Source: Podospora anserina (Eukaryota). Taken from it: a stretch of 64,000 bases of DNA. Shown here piece after piece: positions 22,576 to 32,569 of the stretch (position 1 is the first letter of the stretch; each line of letters starts with the position of its first letter). The DNA lies in the NCBI GenBank assembly GCA_017654855.1, contig CM030334.1, positions 3,038,001-3,102,000 on the forward strand, given 5' to 3'. Under the pieces are notes generated by a model that made no database searches, had not been told where the DNA came from, and saw only the letters and a program-made list of their open reading frames with translations. The translations under genes were made by a program, and so were the position numbers.

Positions 22576-25518
22576 CTCCTTGAATTAATAATTTCACAAT
22601 GCTTAGCCTACCCTCCTGGGCAGCCCACGATAATGGCGTCCGGCCTTGGTAATCCCTCAAATCCTTTTTGTAGTTTAAACCTTCAGTAATATCGACGCCA
22701 TCGCAGACAATCGATGACAAGCCCAAAAGTGCGGCTATGGCATTTTTATGGCCGTTTGCTAACGCAGCGAAAAGCGGATGCTGGTACCTTTCCCCAGGAA
22801 CAGCGGTAGCCACTTCTCTTTTCATCTGTGTACGAATAAGGTTTCCCAAGCCTTTGTCTGCTAGAACATAAAGCGGAGTTGCATCCGAGCCATACCGCCG
22901 AGCTTTGAACTTCTCGAGGTGGTTGATCACCCTGATTCCATCCGGATTAAAGAATTGGGTCAAAAAACCGTCTTGCGGAACCACAGACGCCGCAGCATTG
23001 GCGTGGTAGAGGACCTGCTGACCGGCATACTCCAGGAACGAGCATTTCTCGGCCATGGCGTTCCGCTTGTCATCTGCGCCCTCTGGCGTGACGATGATCG
23101 CGCGTACTGTTGGATGATGCAGGTATGTAATGCAACAATGCTTGAGGATTTCGTGGCTAGGACCCTCCAAGTCGAATCCAAGTTCAGGCCACAAATCCTG
23201 AATGCCCTTTTCTTTCACCAAAAAGTCCCGCACTGATTCATGAATAAACTGCACGGTCTGTTGCTTAGATTTGGTGATCTCAGCAAGCCCCTTCGAGGAG
23301 CTCGTGACTAGTTTGACGGCATCCATGTGTGTGTCATCTGGCAACTCGGGATCGACAAGACGCCGCTCCAACAAGCCCGCCCATAATGCATGGCGGAACT
23401 CTGCTGGAGTCAAAGGCCGCTTTGCAAATAGAATCCAGAGAATGCAGAGCTGTAGCGATTCAGTTCTATTTTGATCGCGCGCCAGCATGCTCCTGAAGAG
23501 TTTGCTTAATTCGGCCGGGATTTCCAGAAGCTTCTTTCTGAGAGCGAGGGCGCCGTGACTACTCTCATTGTTTAGGATTTCCACTACCAACACGACCCAC
23601 ATGAAAACCCCAGCAGCTTTGTCCAGTATTTGGGATTGTAATTCTTCAAGAAGCGGGCGGTGCTCGATCCTTAGACGACTTTTGACGTATTGTGCCAAGT
23701 CTTCTTGGTGTCCTGATTCCTTCTCAAGGGTGAGCAAGATTCCCCGGCAAATATCAATGTACGGATATGGCCGACTCGAGAAACAGATTTGAAACCGAAT
23801 GCCTTCATCAGTGGCATTCTCTGCTAATTCTTCGAAGAACTGGACCATGTCCCGGACTTCCTGCTCGTCACACTCATCGAGGGCGTCGATGAAGCAGGTA
23901 AAGCAGCGCTGGCCAAGGGCCATGACAGCGTTGCTGAGAAGATCCTTCAGAGCGTTCAGGTCAGGGCAGTCTTGTTGGTTCCGTGGAACAATGTCCGTGT
24001 TGTCTAGGACGGATTGAAGGTCCGAAAACTCGTGCAGGAGCTGCGACAACAGAGATCGGTACATCCCGGAGATGGACCTTTCCAAATAGTCGCCTCGTGC
24101 ATTGAAGAAGAAGGATACCACGGCCACACTGGGTTTCTTGGGGCCTTTCTTCATTTCCAGGTACACGAACTTCATCATGGTTGACTTTCCGGCGCCTGCC
24201 TTGCCTCGCATCCATAAGAAGCCATGATGCTGTGATTGCTTCCTAGGGTCAAGCCAATCCTGATATTTTGAGTGCTGTAGAAGCCAACGGCAGGTTTTTG
24301 CATTTGCAGCCCGAATAGTGGTTCTGCGGGCATCGATTTGCGGAAATTCAAGGCATTTCAGCAAGCGTTGCCGCCGTTCCAAAGCAGAGTCGACTACTCA
24401 CATCCCCAGTCAGCATGATACTAGAGGAGAAGAGACGGGCCAGGGCAAGGGTCTGTATTACCGGCGGTATCGAGCTGGCTCACATCGATTATGGGAGTCC
24501 GATCAAGTGTCCTGGACGAAGGCGGAAGCCCTTCTAGCAGTTCCCTCGCGTATGCAGCTGCAGTTGCAGCAGAATAGTCTTGCCACTCCTTGTTCTTGTG
24601 GGAATCCGAATAGTCACAAATTCCACGAATCGGCAAGCACTGGAGGTTATCCATCATGCCGGCTGACTCCATTTCGAAGCACAGCGCCGAAAGTCGCTGA
24701 GCAATGTCATCCCGTACTTTCCCGTCCTTCATGACCCTGTTTCCCGAAGCGATGACTCCGTAGTGGATCCTGGGTTCGTCAGAGAGGCGTGCGCCTCGTG
24801 GTTGCAGCTTTGCTGGGTCGCAGTCAATACATGTTGGAGCCTCGAGAAGGTGGTTATAGGACGCTTGGAAGAGGCGATCGGGGTGGTTCGGGCGCAAGAT
24901 ATTCGGGAGTCGGCTTCGCAGGATCCTTGCCATCCGACTGCTGGAATGGTGCGGCCCATGCTTCGATCGTAGAGCGGACACAGCTGAGTTCAGTAGCCAC
25001 GAAGGTGTCTTCGCATCAGCCGTTTCTTGGAACGAGCCGCCTGCAATCACTTTGCCCATGTCATACTGCATGACCCTCGTGCCGACGACAACATCACCTA
25101 GGTAAAAGTCGGCCTGGCTAGGGGATCCGCCGCCAATGCCGACCATTAAGGTAGCGCGGATGCTTGGAAAACTCCGCTTCAGGTTTGTCGCGACGATTGC
25201 GGCGTTGTTCGTTCCATACTGTCCCGGCAAACATGTCATGACAACGTTGTGCTGGTCGATGCGTCCGAGCACGTAGATGTTGTCGTCGCCGGCTTGGTTG
25301 GGTGGCAGTGGGTGTTCCTCGTCCAGCATGGCACGCGATACCGCCAGTTCTAAGGGAAGTGCACAGATCCAGGCGATTGTGTAGTCTCCATGCACAAGTG
25401 GAGAGTACGCATCGTGGTTTGGGTAAATGCTGCCATTGGAGGATGTGTCGAAGATTCTTGGCCGTTTCGGAAGGCTCGCAGACGGTTCTTCATCTTGGTA
25501 CGTTCGTTTCGGAGTCAT
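21584..25518 (-). CDS. Fungal NLR-like protein: PNP_UDP_1 effector, NACHT NTPase and ankyrin repeats, 2 exons
   Basis: Exon 1 (25518-24462) has YTIAWICALPLELA, LMVGIGGG, IHYGVIASGN, LCFEMESAG and IRGICDYSDSHKNKEWQ (PNP_UDP_1). The intron at 24461-24394 (GTAATA...GCTGAC...TAG) joins in frame (TAVDSALERR). Exon 2 has Walker A GKAGAGKST, Walker B FIDALDEC, GVFMWVVLVV and FIHESVRDFL, then about 11 tandem ANK repeats. Confidence 0.95.
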
Positions 25519-27412
25519 GGCAGGGCGTTTGCATTACCGACAATCGTGGAAATCGGTCGAAACTATTCGTGGGTGGCAGATGCTGGAGCGAACGTCAGAC
25601 CTGCCAGCTTGGAGCAAAGTGTGAGGTGTTCACGATGGCGCAGGCGTGCAACTGAACATTTCGAAGGAGGCAGCCGAGCAGGTGAGTGGTGCCACGTGCG
25701 GCATCAGGCTCTGCAGGTACGCTTCCTTTCTAGACGTCGAATCACCTTTTTGGTGCCTCTTAGTTTCCCGCTACGCTACACACTAGGTTTCTGACGTTCT
25801 AGAAACCTACAACTTTATCTGTCTTACACTTGGGATTCCGAGATGTTGTGTTAATCTCCGAGGTACCGGCTACACAGGCCTACCTTGGTTCGCAGCCAGG
25901 TCAAGTCCGGTTTTCCCAATTTCCTCAAGGCTGCGTCTGTGCAACGCCCAATGAGCCATCCGCTCTCTGTCCAAGGGCCCTCCAGTTCGGTTGTGGTGGC
26001 ATCGTAGACTGAAATTGTCATGATTGGAGATGCCTACGAAGTGGAACAGCCTGAACTCAATCTTACCAACATGACTTCTCACAGCTCAGACGGCTGTGTG
26101 AATTTACTCAGGACTGCGTCACGCAAGTACTGTTGCATTCTCCCACCTTCAAATCTGCGAGCTGCAAATAGATTATCATGACGCTCAATGACACAAACAA
26201 CTAGACACCATGGCGCGAAGGCGGCGCTACTTCAGCCTCGCCTCCAGCCGCTAGCTACCAAGGCAGTGGGTTGACGGCACCACAAGCTAAAACCCAGCTC
26301 GAGGCAAAAGAAATACTATGAATATTAGGACGAGAAACAGCAGACGCTCAAGTTAACTGGGCCCTTTTATCGGCAGATTTTTATATCGACTCTTACCGCC
26401 GTTAGCAGTAAACGTGGTGTATCGTCCTATTAAGCTAATTAAATCACATAGTAACTTAAAGATATCCCAACGATAATAGATTATCTCTGCGAACCCCGTC
26501 GTTACTAGATTCTTTAATTCCCCATTAGGTTTCCTAATCCTTCTAAAATCTTAAACTATCATGTCTGCCCCTCCTCGGCGCTCTTACCGAGGGGCCGGTG
26601 GCTGGGTCTATGGACGGGGCTAACCTCTCTCGAGGAAGCCCGGGGTCAGGGGGAGCTTCCGGGGCCCATGATGCTTGCCCCCGGCTCGCCCGGTTTGCCT
26701 AATCCTTCCATAGCAATCGATCAACAGGTACGTGTGGTTCACGACACAAACAAACGTTCATTTCACCTCACCTCGTTCCACTCATCTTGTCAACGAGCGT
26801 TCCCTCGTCTCAAAGCTCAACGCCAAACGCAGAGTGTGATGTGCCTTAGGTTTGGACGGCGCCATGGAAACATCAAACAGGACATGGTTTAAAGCACACT
26901 CCACACTACGGTCCAGCCGACAACGGCAGAGTAACTCTGTAAAACCGTTGGGTTAGCCCCACAAATTCGACATGTTCTAAAAGCGACCGAGGAATTCATG
27001 CGAGCGGGGTTTTTGTTTTGATCCTAGGTTTCCCGTGCTCTATCTGGGACAGCTCAAGATGGGAACATGGCAACCATTTGTTATGCGTCACGCACTCCCG
27101 TCTGACATCTGGTTGGCAGGCTTGCGTCTGTCACAAAGAAGAAAGAAGACAAATGCTATTGCTGATACTTGATAGCAGCTTAGCTTCAGATATCACTTCG
27201 ACAAGGTAAACGCCCTATTAGTTCCCGACTTTCACAGCTGGTCTTGGGTGGCTGCCAGTTGGGTTCCCAGCTGCCGCTACTAAAAAATGAATATCAAAAC
27301 GCTTGCTAAGGCTTTTGGCGATGCATTCCATAGTAGACGAAAACTTCACCGCCACAACCCACAAAAACGGCCACCAAAATCAACCAAAAACAATGCGGTT
27401 TTGCGGATAAAA

Positions 27413-27531
27413 ACATACAACACCAGGGATTCCCCAGTGGTCACCCACCTGAGTACTGGTCTGGCGGTCAGCTGTTTGACTAGGGGAGAGCGGACGGGAT
27501 CCCGTATTTTCAGCTGCCTATGGTCGTATGT
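27413..27531 (-). rRNA. 5S rRNA gene (dispersed copy 2, different variant)
   Basis: 119-nt 5S sequence ACATACGACCATAGGCAGCTG...GAATCCCTGGTGTTGTATGT followed by a T-run terminator. Confidence 0.95.
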
Positions 27532-27995
27532 GAAAGAATGGAGTGGATAATGGGGTTGTATGTGCTGTTGGGAAGAAGAGATGGCGAGAGTTTCCCATGC
27601 CATTGCATGGGAAACAGAGAACGTTGACGAAGAGACGGAATGACGGCGAAGAACGGGCTGCATACTCTACAAGAAACGATCTACAAGACACAGCTGTCGA
27701 CATCAATGTGGCCTTTGAATCAGAGCCATCGCTGGTCCAGAATGTGGGTATCATCTTCTGGAAGAAGAGATGACGATATCTATGGCTTGATATGAGGTTG
27801 TGTCGGGCTGTAATCACAGAAGGTGCAATCGTGCAGTTCTTGCCATGTTGTTCGGAGTCAGTTGGCACCGGCTGTTGAGTGGTGCCAAACTCACTCCTCT
27901 TAGCTCTCATCCCACTTCTCACTCTCATCTCACCTCCCACTCAAGCGGCCTCGCCGAACAGCTCCTCGCTCACAAATCCTCACAACAAGCAAACC

Positions 27996-28780
27996 ATGTC
28001 CCATCAATACCGCAAACACTTCACCCCCCTCGAATCCCAACCCCTCCCTCTTCACCTCCCTAGCCCACACCCTCGGCCTCTCACCCGCCCTAGAGTTTCA
28101 CGATGTCCTCTCCCTCCACGACGCCGACCTCCTCTCTCTAACCCCACGTCCAGCCCACGCCCTCATCATAGTCTTCCCCACCTCCCCCAACTACGAAGCC
28201 GAACTCACCACCAAGGACAAGGATATCACCCAGTACACAAGCAGCGGTGACAACGAGCCAATAATCTGGTACAAACAAACCATCAACAACGCCTGCGGCC
28301 TCTACGCCATCCTCCACGCCGTCAGCAATGGCCACGCTCGAGACTTCATCAGTAAAAACCCCTTATCCCATCCCATCCCATGCTTACGACATGGCAGTTA
28401 ACCTAGAACCAGTTCCCAACTCACACCTCTATCAGCTCCTGACAACTTGCACACCCCTCAACCCACGAGACCGCGCCACTTTCTTAGGAAACGACACGAA
28501 CCTGGAAGCAGCGTACAAAACTGTCGCTCTACAGGGTGACTCGGCCGTCCCTGAGAATCCAGAGGATGAGGTCGACTTTCATTACGTGTGTTTTGTTAGG
28601 TCGCCCAAGAACGGGCATCTATACGAGCTGGACGGAGACAGGAAGGGGCCAATTAATCTAGGAGAGTTTGAAGAAGACGATCTCCTTTCTGAACGGGGAT
28701 TAAGAGTGCTAAAGGAGTTTATCGAGAAAACAGAGTGCGAAGGTGGAGTTAGCCTACTTGCGTTGGCTCCGGCGGAATAG
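27996..28780 (+). pseudogene. Ubiquitin C-terminal hydrolase (peptidase C12, UCH-L3/Yuh1 family) with a +1 frameshift
   Basis: ATG at 27996 gives MSHQYRKHFTPLES. An extra C in tccc (28036-28038) breaks the conserved PLESNP. The shifted frame gives LGLS.ALEFHDVLSL, PRPA.ALI.VFP and KQTINNACG (catalytic Cys). After an intron starting near 28352 come FHYVCFV (His) and LYELDG (Asp). Could be a sequencing error. Confidence 0.85.
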
Positions 28781-29028
28781 GTAGGCCAGATGGTGGCTAT
28801 GCATGATCAAAACTTCAGCCGCCATTGCTTGCACACTGAGCAGGTATAAAACAGACAACTGCATGCGTGTCATGACAAAATAAACCCATTTATAAAGGCG
28901 TAAATATCCCTCGGCATTCGGATAATACATGCCTCTTTTTGTATCTAAAAAGACCCCAGTTCCATAAAAGGGGCATATCCCTCCCATATATATCCATAAA
29001 ACCCCCATAAACGGTCACAATGATCCAA

Positions 29029-30915
29029 TTAAAACGTCTTCGACTTCCTCTTCCCCTCCCTCTCATAAGCGATAACCCCATTCGGCACATCCTCCAACGC
29101 CCTCGGCTTCTTCCACATAACCGACTTCATAGCTCCATACCACCCCAGCTCCTGCCTCTTCCACGCCTTAGGCTTCTCATGCCCATCCTCTGACCTCTGC
29201 AAAATAATTCGCGGTCTATTCCTGTTTCTCCCAGCAGCAGCAGGCAACACCTCCAACATAGCATCATCAATGTCCTCGTCCCAATCAGGCTCCATCGCCG
29301 CCGTCGCCAGAGCAGCACTCTCCGGCGGCAAGCCAATAGCTCTCTCCTCCATGTCATGATTCAAAACAAACACCACGCTCGGATCATGCGGCACTTGTGG
29401 TCTCTGCTGTTGCAAGCCCTGTCCGCCGCTGCTGCTACCACGTCCCTCCCCAGGATGATGTCTCCGCCAAGTAACAGTCCTATGCTCCTGAACTTCGACA
29501 TCCACAGTCCCATCACTCATGCCGCCTTCGCTGTCAGTGCTGAGTCGTCCAGGAACTCGTCCCGGAACAACCAGGTCGGGCGCAACCTCCACCCAGACTT
29601 CGGCCTTGCGGATAGTATCCGCATATATGATCAAGACCGACATGATGGAAAGAGGAACAGCAGCGGCCCAAAATATCCAAAACCTAGAACCAGAGGGGCC
29701 AAAAATTTCACCCATGGACAGAATTCCAGAGACGATGGGTAGGGGAATGAGAATACCACCCATATAGCTGATCCGGTCCAACGCTCGTCGATTCTCCTCC
29801 GCCGAAGGCCGATATGCAAGCGCCCTTCTCAACCGCGCAGCTCTCACCGCGGTGCTGGGTATGCCAAAGCGAGTAACCGCCTTCTCGCGCACCTCGTTCT
29901 TTGGCTGCTGAAGCACAGGCGGGGTTGTCAATAACGTAGCTGGTGTCGAAGCTGCCGATCTAGGTGACCCAGGTGATCTTCGGGAAGAGGGTGAGCCAGG
30001 TGAGCTAGGCAACATGGGAGCCGAAGCCGACTTGAGCGGAACAGGTCTCTTGATGGTGGGTAGAGACAAAAGCGAGATTCGCCGCTGTGCTCGGTCGAGA
30101 AGTCTTCTCCAGCATGGACTGTTGCCCTCCTCTTCGTTGAGCTCCAGAGATTGCAAGACCTGCCACCAAAACGCCATGGTATCGTCCGTGACGGGATGAG
30201 AAGGCGACTCCAAAAACTCAAACAGCTCCAACCATCTGTCGTATGCCAAATCAAGCAACAGCTCCCTCAGAGATTTGTGATGCGTTTCGCCACTCAGTGT
30301 GCTCAGAAGAGAAGCTTCAAAGCTCCCAGCCTCGTTGGTCTCACTGTAAGGGGAGGGACTAGGTGGATCGCGAAAAGAAGCGACAGGCGTCCTCCATGGT
30401 GCCTTGCGAACCTGCCAAGAGCGTCTCCAGACTGGATTGTCCAAGAGGAGCAGGTGTCTCTGATCAGAGATGCGTAGGGCCATGCGGCAGAAAACGGCAG
30501 AGGTCTTTCCGCTGCTCGATGGGAGAGTTCTGACAGGTGGAGGGTGCACTGTGTCGGTCTCGTCCCTGTCGAGGCGGAGAGGCCTGAGTCCCTGCATCAG
30601 CTCTGGATACTCGAGAATGCTCCATCGTCTTTCGCTGCTGGAGGCCTGCTGGTTGACGAGTCCGCTTCTAGCAAAGGGTCTGTACTCGCGTCTCGAGGCA
30701 AAGGATGCGAGAAAAGCAGAGTCGCTGCCGTTTAAAAGGAGGAGCACATCGGCGTACTTGGGGGACACGCCATGGAGGACAACTATGTCATGCCAATCCC
30801 CAGCCTCAAGCTCAGTGCTCTTTTGGAGGTGTTCGGCGAGGGACTTTGGCGTGGGTAGGGGGACGAGTTGACCTCGCCTAACGACGTAGGCTGGGTGGGA
30901 GTCGAAGTCGGCCAT
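29029..30915 (-). CDS. CorA-like membrane protein (fungal type, two C-terminal TM helices)
   Basis: 628-aa ORF. LDRISYMGGILIPLPIVSGILSMG..FGP.GSRFWIFWAAAVPL matches the CorA-like TM hairpin seen in many fungal proteins, but the canonical GMN motif is altered. Confidence 0.7.
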   Translation of the reverse strand: MADFDSHPAYVVRRGQLVPLPTPKSLAEHLQKSTELEAGDWHDIVVLHGVSPKYADVLLLLNGSDSAFLASFASRREYRPFARSGLVNQQASSSERRWSILEYPELMQGLRPLRLDRDETDTVHPPPVRTLPSSSGKTSAVFCRMALRISDQRHLLLLDNPVWRRSWQVRKAPWRTPVASFRDPPSPSPYSETNEAGSFEASLLSTLSGETHHKSLRELLLDLAYDRWLELFEFLESPSHPVTDDTMAFWWQVLQSLELNEEEGNSPCWRRLLDRAQRRISLLSLPTIKRPVPLKSASAPMLPSSPGSPSSRRSPGSPRSAASTPATLLTTPPVLQQPKNEVREKAVTRFGIPSTAVRAARLRRALAYRPSAEENRRALDRISYMGGILIPLPIVSGILSMGEIFGPSGSRFWIFWAAAVPLSIMSVLIIYADTIRKAEVWVEVAPDLVVPGRVPGRLSTDSEGGMSDGTVDVEVQEHRTVTWRRHHPGEGRGSSSGGQGLQQQRPQVPHDPSVVFVLNHDMEERAIGLPPESAALATAAMEPDWDEDIDDAMLEVLPAAAGRNRNRPRIILQRSEDGHEKPKAWKRQELGWYGAMKSVMWKKPRALEDVPNGVIAYEREGKRKSKTF

Positions 30916-31890
30916 ACTGTGTCTGGTGGAAAAGTGAAGTCAATCGATTTCGCACGTGAAATTCTACAGGGCCAGTCTTCCATGCTTTCTCTGCTCCTTC
31001 CGGGGAAGTAGGTTTCCAGGGGAGGAGATTCCTAAATGGGGCTCGGGCTCGGGTTCGGGGATAGATACGGGACCTGAATTCCGCGAAATGTCAAGGCCTT
31101 CACTGTCAGGAACAACTCGGGCACAAACAATTACATCAGTTGCCAAATTGAGAACCTCAATGGCAAAGTCCAAACCCTGACGCAAAATATCCAGAACCTT
31201 ACACAAACTGTCCAGAACCTCGAGCAGCGCATCGATCGCTTCGAGTAGGATATGCAGCCTGTCTGCGCGTTTTTGACGTCTATAAACGAATATCCATCCA
31301 AAGGCGTCTCGCTCCCAAACGTTCCCAAGGTGACTTCGTCGACGGCTGCAAGCGCGGGCCCTTCGAACTTCACAAAATATCTTTGCATGAGCGGGGGCTC
31401 TGGTTTATCGTTATTTCGTTTGGCGGCGCCGACACAACGTGCATAAATCTCCTTTCCCCTTTTAATAAAGTTTACAAACTTGTGGTGGAAGTTATCCGTC
31501 TTTTTTTTTATTCTGTTCTAACTACCTAGGGGGGAAGAACGAATCCAAAAACGAGTGAAATAAGAAAAAAAGATTCACAAAAGCAGGGTCCGGATGTGCA
31601 GGTTGGGCGGCTTGGGTTGTGAAGTGTTAAGACGACAGTCCAAAACTCATGACTCGCATTACAGTACCGGACAGCACAGGGCCCAGTATTGAGATGTCAG
31701 GCACATCCTCTGTTGACCTGCAATTTCCTCCATATGGGGCGTTACATCAGCTTTTCTCAAGTGGAAGGAAGGCAGTGGTAGCCCAAAGAAACAGGGTGCT
31801 GCTCTCCCTCTCCAACAGCCCAGCTGACTTCCATGAGCTGGCGCACTATGGACAGAAGAATGACAATGCAAAAGTCCAAAAGAACAGAAA

Positions 31891-32130
31891 CAGGCCTACC
31901 GATTACCTCAAGAGGTCTCTACGATAGTTTAAATGGCCTTCTAATTACATTCAAATGCCTCCTAACTATCTTTAAAGGCCTAGAACATATATTTTAACAC
32001 CTATTAAGTATCTTAGAAGCCCTCCTGATTATCTCAAGATACATACATATTAACTATCTTTAATGGCCTGGAAGATCTATTTAAGGCCTATTAATTATCC
32101 TGAAAGGCCTCAATTGTACTACTTTAGGCG
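31891..32130. repeat. Degenerate AT-rich ~21-bp tandem repeat (RIP-like)
   Basis: Units such as aggcctaccgattacctcaag, atgcctcctaactatctttaa, agccctcctgattatctcaag and aggcctattaattatcctgaa, with high TpA content. Confidence 0.7.
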
Positions 32131-32569
32131 TCTAATATCAGTCGCGAGGTGTTCAACATGGTCACGAGCCTTTGAATGATAGCGGAGATGTATGTAGACT
32201 ATGTTTGATGATGAATGGAAGGTATCACGGTGGCACCCAGAAAGCTGTGTGCGAAGATGATGAATTGAGAGGAAGCTATTGGTGAGAAGAGCTAATCTAT
32301 ATATGTATGCCTGTGTCAGTGCCCTTGCCAAATTGCTTCAACCTTGGAGGCCCTTTGTAAGCATGTTACATATCATATCCCCTGTACAACCCCTGATGAC
32401 AGCCCGTGTACTCTGTAGATTCAAGAAATCTCTCATTTCTCACCCCTTCTCCGCTTGTATTCCTCTTCAGTTATCCCATACCAGATAAAATTACCATCAG
32501 GAGGCCGGTGGTAATTGCCCTCCTTTATCTGTCTCATCTTCCGACGCTCCCTCTCTTCATGGTTGCCCA

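Noticed and set aside
3788-25518. HET-domain gene and NLR as a two-component sensor/effector pair
   Set aside because: They are about 15 kb apart with unrelated genes between, the NLR has its own effector domain, and no shared amyloid signalling motif was seen.
20760-27400. Intact Starship captain or transposase
   Set aside because: No long ORF with tyrosine-recombinase, DDE or reverse-transcriptase motifs was recognised anywhere in the window.
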